Source: Opitutales bacterium
Lineage (GTDB): Bacteria > Verrucomicrobiota > Verrucomicrobiia > Opitutales > PNEW01
Direction: 5' to 3'
DNA: 64,000 nt
Assembly: GCA_965197745.1 (NCBI GenBank)
Contig: CBDANS010000007.1
Span: 1,696,001-1,760,000, forward strand
Part shown: piece by piece, positions 20,804 through 31,908 of the stretch
Layout of the letters: each line of letters begins with the position of its first letter
Numbering within the stretch: the stretch's first letter is position 1
Position numbers and translations under genes: made by a program
Notes under the pieces: generated by a model
What the model saw: the letters and a program-made list of their open reading frames with translations, nothing else
The model's database searches: none
Told to the model about the DNA's origin: nothing

Positions 20804-22357
20804 TTAATTGTTCTCAGCGACCTTTTCGGTTTTATATAAAACGGTTCCATTCTCATCGTAGAAAGTAATGCGTGCAAGGGACTGTTTCTTCCCTTTAGAT
20901 TTTACCTTTAATATCAAAAAACCTCCAGAGGGTTCTTGAGTGTTGTAAGGTTGTTTAATTTTACCTTCGGGGTCGGAGGAATTCGGGTCGCCAGGAAGAG
21001 GACCAATTTCGGTGTTAGCATCGACCAATGTACCGCACGAGAATTCTTCAAACCCTGACGGATGAATAGAGTGATATTGCCAGTGCCGATCTCCACAGAT
21101 CAGGTAAAAGTTTTTATGGCGAAAGCCATTCTCTGAAAGCCATCGAATAAAAGCTTCTCCCTCATATCGAAATCCACCGGGATTAGCATGGTTATCGCGT
21201 TTCCCTCCTTCTTCGGGACCGACCATGGGCGTGGCAGAGATAAGGAATTTAAATACCGTGTCACTTTGGAGCAGTGTTTCTTTAAGCCAATCCTTTTGTT
21301 TTAATCCCCAGATGCTTTTATTCGGGCCATCGGGCCTGTCATTAGGATCACGATAATCCCTGCCTTCGACAATCCAGATCTGAAGCAAATCATTAACCCT
21401 GTAGGTTCTATAAGTTACGGGATTACTATCTTCAGGATCGACTACCGGGAGCTGTTCTTGAAACATTCTAATTCCCAGCTTCGCGGAGGGTTGTGATCCT
21501 GAACCGGAGACGTGCTCATATATGTTTGTTTTAGGGTAATAATCCAAGTCATAAATACGCTCTACAAGGTAGGGATTTATGGGGTCGGAATCGTTGAAAC
21601 GAAAATCGTGATCATCTTTCAACCAGTAAGTTGCCACCTGCTGAAAGAGATCAATAAATCGCGGCTGTGAAAACTGTTCCTGGTACTTTCTCCTTATCTG
21701 CTGTTGTGTTTCGGCGCGCCCATCATAGGGTGAATCATAATAAACATTATCGCCGGTCCCGACAAAATAATCTGGTTTGAGGTTTAATATCGATACGAGA
21801 GCTGGATATCCCAGTAATCTGTCTTCACCGCTGCCCGGGGGAACTTTTCTTAGGGGATCGTTTTCCAACCCCGTGTGGTGAAATCTCGAATAGTTCATTC
21901 CGGTTACGACCGCAAAACTTACTTCTTCACTGATACTGCCACCATGCGTTTGAAAGGTGGAAGTGTTCCCTTTGTTCACTGATTTTATTTCAGGACCGTA
22001 TAATACACGGTAATAATAACGCGTCCCTGCTTTCAGGTCAGTCACTTTTGTCTTAATGATATAATCGTAACCAGGGACTGCTTTTAACCACGGAGTTTGA
22101 TATGAATCTTTAAAGTCTGAATGGATCGATATTTCAAAACAAGCCCAGCCAGAAATGCCCGGAATCCCCGACCACGTTTTATCGAAGAGAGGATTCGAGG
22201 AAGTTAATCGTGTCTGCAGAATGACACTATGATCAGAAACTTCACCGGCCATTTGTCCCTGCGCTAATGAGTAAGCTTCCAGGGAGTTTTCTCCATAACC
22301 GAAAGGATATAAAACCGTTCCGGAAAAAAATAAAATGAAATATAATTTCAATTTCAT
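20804..22357 (-). CDS. Alkaline phosphatase D (PhoD) family metallophosphatase
   Basis: GDNVYYD, DDHD and GDRHW motifs; N-terminal FN3-like TRYYYR segment; signal peptide. Confidence 0.88.
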   Translation of the reverse strand: MKLKLYFILFFSGTVLYPFGYGENSLEAYSLAQGQMAGEVSDHSVILQTRLTSSNPLFDKTWSGIPGISGWACFEISIHSDFKDSYQTPWLKAVPGYDYIIKTKVTDLKAGTRYYYRVLYGPEIKSVNKGNTSTFQTHGGSISEEVSFAVVTGMNYSRFHHTGLENDPLRKVPPGSGEDRLLGYPALVSILNLKPDYFVGTGDNVYYDSPYDGRAETQQQIRRKYQEQFSQPRFIDLFQQVATYWLKDDHDFRFNDSDPINPYLVERIYDLDYYPKTNIYEHVSGSGSQPSAKLGIRMFQEQLPVVDPEDSNPVTYRTYRVNDLLQIWIVEGRDYRDPNDRPDGPNKSIWGLKQKDWLKETLLQSDTVFKFLISATPMVGPEEGGKRDNHANPGGFRYEGEAFIRWLSENGFRHKNFYLICGDRHWQYHSIHPSGFEEFSCGTLVDANTEIGPLPGDPNSSDPEGKIKQPYNTQEPSGGFLILKVKSKGKKQSLARITFYDENGTVLYKTEKVAENN

Positions 22358-22438
22358 ATTAAGAGATCACTTAAAACAGGTTCTTCGTCTACGTATAGTA
22401 TAGTCAAGTTATTATTGAAGACACCCGGCACGCTCTTC

Positions 22439-22972
22439 TTAGAGGGAATGATCGAGATTAAAATCCGACGGATCGTAGTTCCTGAGGCGCAGTGCGTTTT
22501 TAAGCATCTCCAAGTCCAATACGGCGCCGCTATTAATGCCATTATTCTGAAACCACCCCTGAGACATCTCCAATGCGAATTGCACATTGTCCTCTCGTGA
22601 AACGACAGGTGTTTCATCGTATGGATAGAGGGGATAAAATTCCTGAAGGATGCCATCAGGACTAAAATAACCTATATCCAGGGGGAGAGGGGTATTCCGC
22701 ATCCAAAAACGCATTTGCTGCGGCCGGGCATAAATAAAAATCATACCTTTATTTTCACCTAGTTTTTTTCGGAACATAAGACCGCGTTGTTGTTCGACCG
22801 GTTCAACAGCCAATTGTACTTCGATTGCTTTTCCTTGCAGCATTAAATCGAAGTAACTATCCGCTCTCCAAGAATCAGAATCTTCTTTTAGACTCACAGG
22901 GCTGCAGGCCTGCAGGGTGAAAAATAAAATGAAAATGAAAAATCGAGGAGAACCGATACGTGGTTTTACCAT
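22439..22972 (-). CDS. DUF192 domain lipoprotein
   Basis: QRGLMFR, GMIFIY, FWMRNTPLPLDIGY, ALEM; LQAC lipobox. Confidence 0.9.
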   Translation of the reverse strand: MVKPRIGSPRFFIFILFFTLQACSPVSLKEDSDSWRADSYFDLMLQGKAIEVQLAVEPVEQQRGLMFRKKLGENKGMIFIYARPQQMRFWMRNTPLPLDIGYFSPDGILQEFYPLYPYDETPVVSREDNVQFALEMSQGWFQNNGINSGAVLDLEMLKNALRLRNYDPSDFNLDHSL

Positions 22973-23036
22973 ACAGTTATTTAACTAGACTTATTTCAAG
23001 CATTCTCAATGCTTATTGCTAAATTCCGTGAATTAA

Positions 23037-24173
23037 ATGCAAGGAACCAAACACTCGCCATTGATCTACGCGGATTCTGAGTCCAATGCGGATCAACTGT
23101 ATTTCGGCAAAGTCTTTGTCCCGGATCCTTTTCTTTCTTTTGGGCTCGGCAATAAAAAATACGCTTTGGCAAATGCTCTTGAGTTCATGCGAATCAAAAA
23201 GGAATCGGATTTTGATGTAGTGCTTCCCCTAGAGGAGTGGCAGAGTAAAGCCAAGAAAACTTTCAGAAGTAAGAAGGCAGGTCTATGTGAAATATTACGG
23301 CTCATCGTCGCTGAATATAAGGTGCATTCATTTATCGTCGCCCCTGACTTTCCCGCGGGTTTGGCACTGCAATTAAAAAAAGCAAAAATAAAATTAAAAA
23401 TTGCTGAAGGCTCACTATTTTCAGAACGAATTGTGAAGAGTGATGCTGAAGCTAAAGCAATCAAAGCGGGCAATGCTGCGAGCGCAGCGGGTATCAAAGC
23501 GGCGGAAGCAGTTTTACGCCGTGCAGCTATCAAAGGGGGTAAGTTATACTATCGTGGGCTCAAGCTTACATCCGAGCTGCTACGTGAAGAAATTGACATT
23601 GCCTGTTTAAGGAGAGGCGCGGTGGCAAGTCATACCATAGCCGCAAGTGGCGACCAGGCATGTGACCCGCATTGCGCCGGGTACGGACCCATACGCGCAA
23701 ATGAGTTGATTATCGTGGATGTGTTTCCACGCGTGACCCGAACCGGTTATTTTGGAGATATGACCCGGACCTTTATTAAAGGACGGGCCAATGATAAGCA
23801 GAGAAGGTTGGTTAAGACTGTGAGGAAAGCGCACCGTGGCGTCCTCGATTCGATAAAAGCGGGAGTCGAGGCCCCTAAAGTACATCACCAGGTGGAAAAA
23901 TTCTTTGTCGAGAATGACTACCATACGCGAAAGGTAGGTGATGTAACTGAGGGATATTTTCATGGAACGGGACATGGTGTAGGTTTAGAAATCCACGAGG
24001 AACCTCGTTTGTCATCCCGAGGCCCTAAATTAAAATCAGGGATGGTTGTAACCGTAGAACCAGGGTTATATTATCCAGGGCTGGGGGGATGTCGAATTGA
24101 AGATATGGTGCGTGTAAAAAAAGGCGGAGTGGAAATGCTTTCAAAATGTCATTACCGATGGGAAATTTCATGA
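23037..24173 (+). CDS. Xaa-Pro peptidase (M24 family)
   Basis: GYFGDMTRT, HGTGHGVGLEIHE, VTVEPGLY, GGCRIED. Confidence 0.93.
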   Translation: MQGTKHSPLIYADSESNADQLYFGKVFVPDPFLSFGLGNKKYALANALEFMRIKKESDFDVVLPLEEWQSKAKKTFRSKKAGLCEILRLIVAEYKVHSFIVAPDFPAGLALQLKKAKIKLKIAEGSLFSERIVKSDAEAKAIKAGNAASAAGIKAAEAVLRRAAIKGGKLYYRGLKLTSELLREEIDIACLRRGAVASHTIAASGDQACDPHCAGYGPIRANELIIVDVFPRVTRTGYFGDMTRTFIKGRANDKQRRLVKTVRKAHRGVLDSIKAGVEAPKVHHQVEKFFVENDYHTRKVGDVTEGYFHGTGHGVGLEIHEEPRLSSRGPKLKSGMVVTVEPGLYYPGLGGCRIEDMVRVKKGGVEMLSKCHYRWEIS

Positions 24174-25144
24174 AGACTCTTTTAGAAAAAATCAGCGGGT
24201 TAAAAATTCTTATCATTGGCGATTTAATCCTCGACCACTATATCTGGGGCGATGCTTCTCGCATATCGCCGGAAGCACCAGTACCGGTTATCGAAGTAGA
24301 TCGCGATAGTTATGGAGCGGGGGGTGCAGCGAATGTAGCTCTTAATGTGAGCGCACTAGGAGCGAATACTGAGATTTGTGGGATCCTGGGAAATGATGAT
24401 TCCGGACAGCACCTGAAAAATATTCTAGCCGAATGCAATGTGCCGATTGACGATGTGTTTATTTTACCGAATAAACAAACGGTTCTCAAAACTCGCATTA
24501 TTGTTAGACAGCAACAACTCTGCCGATTGGACCGTGAATCGGAACCTGAAAATTACAAAATTGATATCGATAAATACAAGGATCTCATAATAGAAAAAGT
24601 AAAAAATGTGGATGCCGTTATTTTTTCTGATTACGCGAAAGGAGTTATTGATGGAGCAATTATCAATTTGGTGCAGGAAACTGCAAAGATTAACGAAGCC
24701 CTAGTCACTTATGATCCCAAACCAAAAAGAAAGGTCGATTTTAGCGAAGTGGATATTTTAAAACCTAACCGATTTGAAGCGTTAGAATTGGCGGGAATGA
24801 AAGCAGATCACCATGGGGAATATCCAGCAGTTGAAATCTGTGAGTCCATTTGGCAACAATATCATCCCAGATATCTGATAATTTCACTTGGGGCGGATGG
24901 AATACTCTTAAGCGAAAAAGGGAAAGTAATTTCTCAGATTCCGACGTACGCTCGCGAAGTTTTCGATGTTTCCGGCGCTGGAGACTCAGTGATTGCCTCG
25001 ATAACGACGGCGATGGCCGCGGGTTCAACGATAGAGGAAGCGGTACATTTTGCTAACGCTGCTGCCGGAGTCGTCGTTGGTAAGGTGGGCGCAGCGGTCG
25101 CTCATCCGGAGGAAATTCTTGAATACGCGGCCAGCCATGAGTAA
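24170..25144 (+). CDS. rfaE1: D-glycero-beta-D-manno-heptose-7-phosphate kinase (RfaE/HldE domain I, stand-alone)
   Basis: GDLILDHY, RISPEAPVPV, GGAANVA, SDYAKG, DVSGAGD; ATG 24170 overlaps the upstream TGA. Confidence 0.9.
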   Translation: MKTLLEKISGLKILIIGDLILDHYIWGDASRISPEAPVPVIEVDRDSYGAGGAANVALNVSALGANTEICGILGNDDSGQHLKNILAECNVPIDDVFILPNKQTVLKTRIIVRQQQLCRLDRESEPENYKIDIDKYKDLIIEKVKNVDAVIFSDYAKGVIDGAIINLVQETAKINEALVTYDPKPKRKVDFSEVDILKPNRFEALELAGMKADHHGEYPAVEICESIWQQYHPRYLIISLGADGILLSEKGKVISQIPTYAREVFDVSGAGDSVIASITTAMAAGSTIEEAVHFANAAAGVVVGKVGAAVAHPEEILEYAASHE

Positions 25145-25664
25145 GGCGCTTTTTCTCGATCGCGACGGGACACTCATAATTAATAAAGACTATCTTTCAG
25201 ATCCGAAAGAGGTTGAGTTGATACCCGGAGCGAGGAGGGCGTTGCGTCTGGCTCTCAGCCTTAATTATCACCTCTTCCTTTTGACAAATCAAAGTGGAGT
25301 AGGTCGCGGATGGTTTTCGATGGCTGATGTAGAAGCCTGTAATCAGCGAATGCTCGATCTCCTTGATCTGCCCGAGCCCGGCTTTACCGCTATCTGCATT
25401 GCACCCGAAAGACCTGATGAACCTTCAAAATATCGCAAACCTTCACCTTGTTTTATTTTAGAGATGATCGAAAAGCATGAACTGGAACCAAAGCAATGCG
25501 CGATGGTGGGGGATCACATTACGGACATTGAATCAGGGCAAAATGCTGGTATTAACGTGGCTGCGTTAAAATCAGGCAAGAACGAATCGGTAGGAGGATT
25601 ATTAAAATCTGAAGCTGTTCCCCTATATGAACACCTCAATGAATTTGTTGCCACATTAAGATAG
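25137..25664 (+). CDS. gmhB: D-glycero-D-manno-heptose 1,7-bisphosphate phosphatase (HAD IIIA)
   Basis: FLDRDGT, TNQSGVGRG, RKPSP, MVGD; start MSKALF at 25137; adjacent to the heptose kinase. Confidence 0.85.
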   Translation: MSKALFLDRDGTLIINKDYLSDPKEVELIPGARRALRLALSLNYHLFLLTNQSGVGRGWFSMADVEACNQRMLDLLDLPEPGFTAICIAPERPDEPSKYRKPSPCFILEMIEKHELEPKQCAMVGDHITDIESGQNAGINVAALKSGKNESVGGLLKSEAVPLYEHLNEFVATLR

Positions 25665-25683
25665 AGTAATCGCTTATCCCCAC

Positions 25684-27447
25684 TTACATGCGTTTGAGAG
25701 TATCAAGGCCGAGAAGATGAAGTCCTGTTTCGAGCACGCGCAAGGTGCGCGCACATAAGAGGAGACGGCGGGCCCGAACATCAGGATTATCAACAATTAC
25801 TTTATCAGCTTTATAAAATGTGCTGAAAGTCACCGCCAATTCATAAAGATAGGCACACAAGAAATGGGGGCGAAGATCGCTGATGGTCTGATTGACAACG
25901 GCGACAAATCCCACCAGTTTTCGGGCAAGAGAAATTTCGGTATCGGTGGTAAAGAGGCTTGCGCCATCCTCTGCGGTGCCGGGTTGTAATTCAACTTTAC
26001 GAAAAATACTGTATATGCGAGCGACGGCATAAAGGAGGTAGGGAGCGGTGTTCCCATCGAAGCTCAAAAGCTTATCCCACGAAAATAGATAATCGCTCGT
26101 GCGATTTTGCATAAGATCGGCATAGCGAACGGCACCTAGACCAACAACCCGCGCAACATTTTTTCGTTCTTCTTCAGATAAATCGGGGTTCTTTTCACTG
26201 ACAATTTTGTATGCGCGCTCAATGGCTTCATAGAGGAAGTCCTTGAGTTTGATTTGTTCACCACTTCGCGTTCTTATAGCTTTGCCATTTTCGCCCAGGA
26301 TGGTTCCAAAACTTACGTGCCGGAATTTCGGTACCGCTATTCCTTTGTAGTGCAACCATTTTTCTGCAGTAAGAAATAATTGCTCAAAATGATCACTCTG
26401 GCGGGCATCAACAACATAATCAATTTCATCACTATGAAATTGATTGATGCGATAACAGACCGTTGCTAAATCCGTGGTTGAATAGAGACTTGCGCCGTCA
26501 GATTTTCGAATAATAAAGGGCTGTTTGTTAAATCGAGGGTGTTCTTTGTGAAAAACGACAAGAGCGCCCTCGCTTAGCTCGGCTATACCCGATTCACTTA
26601 GCTCCTCGTAAACATTCGCTATTTTGTCGCGATAAAAACTTTCTCCTAAAACTTCATCAAAGCGAATATTTAAAAGATCATAAATTTCCTGGAGTGCCTG
26701 GAGACTGACATTCCTGATTTCTTCCCAAAGGGCCATATTCTCACGATCGCCGTTTTGTAATTTTACCAATTCCTCTCGTGATTCATCGCGCGCTTTAGAA
26801 TCATTTTCCAATAACGCAGTTCCCTCCCTGTAGAGTCGCTCAAAATCTTCCAGGGGATCATCGTGGGAAGATTTCAATTGATAGCCACTACGTTTAATAG
26901 CCATTATAATTACTCCGTAATGGGTGCCCCAATCGCCAATGTGGTTGTCACGTATGACTTCTGCTCCACAGAAGTTCATAAGACGACTAATCACCTCACC
27001 GATAACAATGGATCGAATATGGCCGACATGCATCTGCTTGACGGCATTAGGAGAACTGAAATCTACGGCGATGCGTTTTCCCCGGTAAATTTCACCTGCA
27101 GCGCCCTTGAGATCCTTTTCATCACGAAATTTAAGCAGCCATTTCAGAAGGAATTCAGCACTTAGACGAAAATTGATAAAACCTGGGCCGGCTATTGAGT
27201 GCTGGATCAGTGATAAATCCAGTTCTCCTGACTGATCAACGGCTTCCATAAGCTTCTGAGCAGCATGACGGGGATTTATACTCGCTTTTTTTGCCCAGGG
27301 AAGAACACCATTGACCTGAAAATCACCATGGCGAGCTTCTGCCGGTCGAATATCAGGATTAAACGATTCATCAAAGAGAGAATCTGTGGTAGCTGCAGAT
27401 TTTATCACACGATCGAGTTCTAGGGGTATATTAAACCAGATATCCAT
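25684..27447 (-). CDS. argS: Arginine--tRNA ligase
   Basis: IAGPGFINF, VDFSSPN..KQMHVGH (HIGH), NHIGDWG, GNTAPYLLYAVARI. Confidence 0.97.
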   Translation of the reverse strand: MDIWFNIPLELDRVIKSAATTDSLFDESFNPDIRPAEARHGDFQVNGVLPWAKKASINPRHAAQKLMEAVDQSGELDLSLIQHSIAGPGFINFRLSAEFLLKWLLKFRDEKDLKGAAGEIYRGKRIAVDFSSPNAVKQMHVGHIRSIVIGEVISRLMNFCGAEVIRDNHIGDWGTHYGVIIMAIKRSGYQLKSSHDDPLEDFERLYREGTALLENDSKARDESREELVKLQNGDRENMALWEEIRNVSLQALQEIYDLLNIRFDEVLGESFYRDKIANVYEELSESGIAELSEGALVVFHKEHPRFNKQPFIIRKSDGASLYSTTDLATVCYRINQFHSDEIDYVVDARQSDHFEQLFLTAEKWLHYKGIAVPKFRHVSFGTILGENGKAIRTRSGEQIKLKDFLYEAIERAYKIVSEKNPDLSEEERKNVARVVGLGAVRYADLMQNRTSDYLFSWDKLLSFDGNTAPYLLYAVARIYSIFRKVELQPGTAEDGASLFTTDTEISLARKLVGFVAVVNQTISDLRPHFLCAYLYELAVTFSTFYKADKVIVDNPDVRARRLLLCARTLRVLETGLHLLGLDTLKRM

Positions 27448-27699
27448 GGAATTATTGTTCTTTACTCATTCTTTCTGGAGAACTTTTCAATCGCAGAGTG
27501 TAAAAAAAGCGTGCCTGCACAACGAAAATAATAAGGCCACTTGACTCCTATAGTATTATAATAGGTTCAATCAGCGCGAATCCGGAAGTTAATCAGGCAT
27601 TCACAAGGAGAATATGCTCGACAAATCTTTTCTTAATAGCCTAATAGTTAGTATCTTGCGTTATTACGCTCCCACGCGAAAGCGACATTATTTTGTATC

Positions 27700-29034
27700 A
27701 TGAGAAAGAAATATGTAAACACGCGAAAGTTTATTAAACCGTCATTTGTTTTTTTAATAGAGAAAAAAAGAGATGGGGGTGAATTTTCCCAGGAAGAGAT
27801 CCGCTATATTATCGATTCTCTCGTGGATGGAAAGTTGCCCCAGTATCAACTCTCAGCGATGGCGATGGCGATCTATTTTCAAGGGATGTCAGCGCAAGAG
27901 ACGGCTACGCTCGCTGAAGAGATGATGCTTTCCGGCGAAGTGATTGATTTATCGAAAATCACGAAACCAAAGATCGATAAATATTCTACGGGAGGCGTTG
28001 GGGATATAACCTCTCTCGTTCTTGCACCTTTAGCTGCTGCTTCAGGAGTTGCCATGCCCATGATGAATGGTGTCGATGAGGAATTTGTCATCAGCAATCT
28101 GGAAAAATTATCATCGATACCCGGTTTTAAAGACGAATTGGATCTGAAAGACTTTGTCCAGCAGATCAAAAAAACCGGGTGTGCTATGGTTAAACAGCAT
28201 AAGGAAATTGCCCCCGTTGATGAGGTTATCTACACCATGCGCAAAAATACAGGGACGATTCCCAGCCTCCCTCTTATTACCGGCAGCGTCCTTAGCCGTA
28301 AACTGGCACAAGGAGCGGAGGGCTTGGTGGTAGACGTTAAATGGGGTAATGGGTCCTTTATCAAAGATGTTGAACAGGCGCGTCAACTGGCGCGATCGAT
28401 CACGCGGGTGGGACGCTCGATGAAACGACGCTGCGTGGCTTTAGTCACTGACATGAACCAACCACTCGGTGACACCGTAGGCACCGCTTTAGAAATCAAG
28501 GATGCTATCGCCATGTTGAAAGGTGAGGGGACCGACGAATTAAAGGAGATCGTTTTAAAATTAGGAATGGAGATAGTCCGGCTGGCTGGTGTAGCCGGTT
28601 CGACACTTTCGGCGAAACAAACGGTGCAGAGACAATTACAGAGTGGTAAAGCGCTTGATAAATTTAAAGAAATGATCGGATCCCAGGGAGGAGACACCTC
28701 ATATATTGACGACCCGGATAAATTTCCCAAAGCAAAGTATATCCGCAAACTACCAGCACCCAAGCGAGGCTATGTTCATACCATAAATGCGGGAATGATA
28801 GCCCGAGGTGTTCAACACCTGGCCATGGGTAAAAATGGATCCTGGAACACTTCGGCTGGCGTCTCTGATATTAGAAAGGTGGGAACGCAGATGAAGCAGG
28901 GAGAGCCCCTTATGATGATTCATTACAATGATGAATCGCGTCTCGATAGTGCGCTTGAATACCTCAGGGGGGCCTACCGATTAGCTCCGAAGCGTCCTAA
29001 CCCACCTCCGCTCATCGTTGAACGTGTAGCCTGA
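27700..29034 (+). CDS. Thymidine/pyrimidine-nucleoside phosphorylase-like protein with divergent active site
   Basis: IEKKRDG, DKYSTGGVGD, DVKWGNGSF, TDMNQPLG..VG.ALE; full NP-II fold length. Confidence 0.88.
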   Translation: MRKKYVNTRKFIKPSFVFLIEKKRDGGEFSQEEIRYIIDSLVDGKLPQYQLSAMAMAIYFQGMSAQETATLAEEMMLSGEVIDLSKITKPKIDKYSTGGVGDITSLVLAPLAAASGVAMPMMNGVDEEFVISNLEKLSSIPGFKDELDLKDFVQQIKKTGCAMVKQHKEIAPVDEVIYTMRKNTGTIPSLPLITGSVLSRKLAQGAEGLVVDVKWGNGSFIKDVEQARQLARSITRVGRSMKRRCVALVTDMNQPLGDTVGTALEIKDAIAMLKGEGTDELKEIVLKLGMEIVRLAGVAGSTLSAKQTVQRQLQSGKALDKFKEMIGSQGGDTSYIDDPDKFPKAKYIRKLPAPKRGYVHTINAGMIARGVQHLAMGKNGSWNTSAGVSDIRKVGTQMKQGEPLMMIHYNDESRLDSALEYLRGAYRLAPKRPNPPPLIVERVA

Positions 29035-29062
29035 AGCCAGATAAGAGCTAACAGATCAGTTT

Positions 29063-29737
29063 CTACTCTTGAGGGTATACCGATAAAAGCTCTTCAATAG
29101 TCCAAAGATCGGTACGAGATTCGAATTCAGCCCGAACTTCCGCGATCACTTCTTCGGTGACTGGATCAGCATTATTGCCCCAATCCTGTCGAATATAACT
29201 GAGCACTGCCGCTACATCCCGGTCCCCAAGCAGGCTTCCGAGAGGCGGCATAACGCTGTTGTAATCGGTCCCTTTAACCGTGATAGGCCCCATAAGTCCG
29301 GTGATAACAATATTCGCGGGTAATTTTACATTACCGTTCACCCAATGTGAATCAACAAGGGGAGGAAAGACACCGGGCACTCCCATTCCCGATGCCTGGT
29401 GACAAGCTATACAATCACGGTTAAATATTTTTTTCCCGTGGGCAATGTAATCAAAAGGAGCTTCCGGGCCGGCAGCCACAATTTTTTCCACAGGCTTTAA
29501 ATGTTCATTATAAATCAGGGGGTCAAATCCTCCAGAATACTGAGCGATGTAAATCCCACCCCAAAAAACCAAAGTTCCAAATATAAAAAGCATAAACATC
29601 GGTAATGGCGAAAATCCTTCAGAAGGTTCCGTTTTTTCTCTCATGAGCTGGGCATGCACGTCTTGCAGTGCATCGTCAGGGTATTCTTCTATTCTACCTG
29701 ATGAATTTCTTTTGGCGTTATTGTCGGATTGTTGCAT
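29063..29737 (-). CDS. Membrane-anchored monoheme cytochrome c (in the CcoP position)
   Basis: One TM helix; single CIACH; GVFPPL; distal MP. Confidence 0.88.
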   Translation of the reverse strand: MQQSDNNAKRNSSGRIEEYPDDALQDVHAQLMREKTEPSEGFSPLPMFMLFIFGTLVFWGGIYIAQYSGGFDPLIYNEHLKPVEKIVAAGPEAPFDYIAHGKKIFNRDCIACHQASGMGVPGVFPPLVDSHWVNGNVKLPANIVITGLMGPITVKGTDYNSVMPPLGSLLGDRDVAAVLSYIRQDWGNNADPVTEEVIAEVRAEFESRTDLWTIEELLSVYPQE

Positions 29738-29752
29738 TTTAACCTTCTTAAA

Positions 29753-30400
29753 TTATTCCCTTTTAGCCTCGGGTAAATCATAGTCCAGCTTAAGACTCAA
29801 TAGATAGGCCACGAGCGCTTCAGCTCTGCGGCTCGGTACGATTTCAAAGCCTTCCTCTACCTTGAAGTCCGGGGGGAGCTTTAGAGCATTAGCTGACATT
29901 TCCGAACCTTTAATTGTTCTCTTTTCATAAAGGAAGGGATAGGGGGGCATAATTGAACCCTGAGATGTGATCGTGGGATCATAAAGGTGTAAATGATGCC
30001 AACTGGAATTAGCGAGTCGTTGGCCAACATTCATCAGATCTGGCCCTGTTCTCATGGTCCCGAGTAATACTCTTTCCTGATAAATATAATCGCGTGCGAC
30101 TGATTGACGACTGCCCCAGGCGCGTTCGTAATCACTCCCAAATCCCTTGCGTCGTACTTGCTGGGTATGACAGTAAATGCATCCTAAATCGATATAGACT
30201 TTTTTCCCCTGCATCATGAGCCCCGTCGGTTTTTGGGGGTAAAGGGGATCCCCTTCAACCGGTTTTCCGGTCTTTGGGTCTAACTGCTCGGTAGTGGGTT
30301 CAAGACTGCCATACTGAATCTGATTAACCAGAACGATACCAACCCAGGCAAAAGCTATTGTAAAAAAAATTCCGCAGAATGCTATGGGTAAGTTTCGCAT
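29753..30400 (-). CDS. ccoO: cbb3-type cytochrome c oxidase subunit II
   Basis: [23 protein letters not shown]. Confidence 0.92.
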   Translation of the reverse strand: MRNLPIAFCGIFFTIAFAWVGIVLVNQIQYGSLEPTTEQLDPKTGKPVEGDPLYPQKPTGLMMQGKKVYIDLGCIYCHTQQVRRKGFGSDYERAWGSRQSVARDYIYQERVLLGTMRTGPDLMNVGQRLANSSWHHLHLYDPTITSQGSIMPPYPFLYEKRTIKGSEMSANALKLPPDFKVEEGFEIVPSRRAEALVAYLLSLKLDYDLPEAKRE

Positions 30401-31908
30401 CAGATATCCGCTTTCTCTTCTGTTACTGAAGTAAATAGGGTGGGGGTGCCTTTTCTATCCGTTACCCCTTTACGCTTGATTACCATCCAGAATACATTAA
30501 CCGCAAAAGCCAGATGGGCTATGGCAATAAGCACTCCAGAAGCGGTTCTCACTTTAAGCCACGGCAAGGTCCTGTTCATGACCTCGATAAAGGGTATATC
30601 AGAATTATTTAAATTTAGACCCTGCATCCAACCCCCGACATGTAAGACTACCAGCATAATCGTAATTCCCAAAGCGGCGCCCCAAAAATGCACTTTAATA
30701 AGGAGTTGAGAGGGCCACTCACGGTATAACAATCTTGGCATTATGAAATATATGCTGCCAAACATTACCATCGTAAAAAATGCATAGACGCCATGATGAG
30801 CATGACCAACGGTTAAATGGGTAAAATGGGCAGTCTCGCTAACTGATCGCAACGACATGGTTGAACCGATAAAACTAACCAGGGTATAAGACATAGCACC
30901 AAATACGACAAACCGAAGCGTGGGGCTTTCAATTACTTTGGAAAAATGCCCAATAACCGTCATATGATGATTTACAGCGGTAACAATAACGGGAATTACC
31001 ATCATTACACTGGCGACGATACCCGATGAAATTACCCAGGCAGGGACAGGACCTCCAATTAAGTGATGCACCCCCGCCCAGTTATAAAATAAAGCCAGTG
31101 TCCAGAAACCAAGTATCGACAAATAGTAGCTGTGTATGGGCCTGCCAATTACTTTGGGGATAAAATAGTAGGCGGCGGCAAGTGCCATCGGCGTGAACCA
31201 AAGTCCCAGGACATTGTGAGCAAACCACCAGTTGGTAAGTGATTGCACCGTTCCACGGGTTGGCTCAAACATAATCATGACGAGAGCTATGGTATAAATC
31301 CAGGGGAACCAGAAAAGTGCTCCCAATATATACCATTGTGACACATAGACGTGTTCAGTTTGGCGGTAATGAAAACAGATGATTCCCCATACCCCTATTA
31401 GAGCATAGGCGATCGCGATCAGAGGGGTGACGTAATTGGGCATTTCGAGCCACTCCACAGATGTCATGTCGCCCATAAAAATACCGGCTATTCCAATTGT
31501 TATCGCGATATTCCAAAAAATTCCGGCGGCCAGCAGCATTTCAAGATGTCGGATTTCTGTACGACACAGACGCGCCATGATCCAGAGTCCCACCGCAAAA
31601 ATAGCATTGTTGGACCACCCGTATACTACCGCATTTAAATGTGCTGACCGCACGCGGCCAAAGGTGAACCACTCCCAACTCCCTAAAAATTCTGGATGAT
31701 GGAACTTGATCGAGGTGATAAGCCCAAACAACGTGGCTGCGAGAAGCCAGAGTATGGCGGAAACTATAAAGAATAACCCCGGCCACTTCATTGAGCGATC
31801 GATCTCGCTTAGTTTTACCCTTGTATCAGATTGCAAATCTGATGGGGGTTGAAGCGATTCGTTAATTGAAGCGTCGGCACTCATGCTGTGTTCCTGGCTA
31901 TTTGGCAA
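30400..31908 (-). CDS. ccoN: cbb3-type (C-family) heme-copper oxidase subunit I
   Basis: [25 protein letters not shown] and GHAH ligand motifs; about 12 TMs; start may be ATG 31884. Confidence 0.93.
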   Translation of the reverse strand: MPNSQEHSMSADASINESLQPPSDLQSDTRVKLSEIDRSMKWPGLFFIVSAILWLLAATLFGLITSIKFHHPEFLGSWEWFTFGRVRSAHLNAVVYGWSNNAIFAVGLWIMARLCRTEIRHLEMLLAAGIFWNIAITIGIAGIFMGDMTSVEWLEMPNYVTPLIAIAYALIGVWGIICFHYRQTEHVYVSQWYILGALFWFPWIYTIALVMIMFEPTRGTVQSLTNWWFAHNVLGLWFTPMALAAAYYFIPKVIGRPIHSYYLSILGFWTLALFYNWAGVHHLIGGPVPAWVISSGIVASVMMVIPVIVTAVNHHMTVIGHFSKVIESPTLRFVVFGAMSYTLVSFIGSTMSLRSVSETAHFTHLTVGHAHHGVYAFFTMVMFGSIYFIMPRLLYREWPSQLLIKVHFWGAALGITIMLVVLHVGGWMQGLNLNNSDIPFIEVMNRTLPWLKVRTASGVLIAIAHLAFAVNVFWMVIKRKGVTDRKGTPTLFTSVTEEKADI

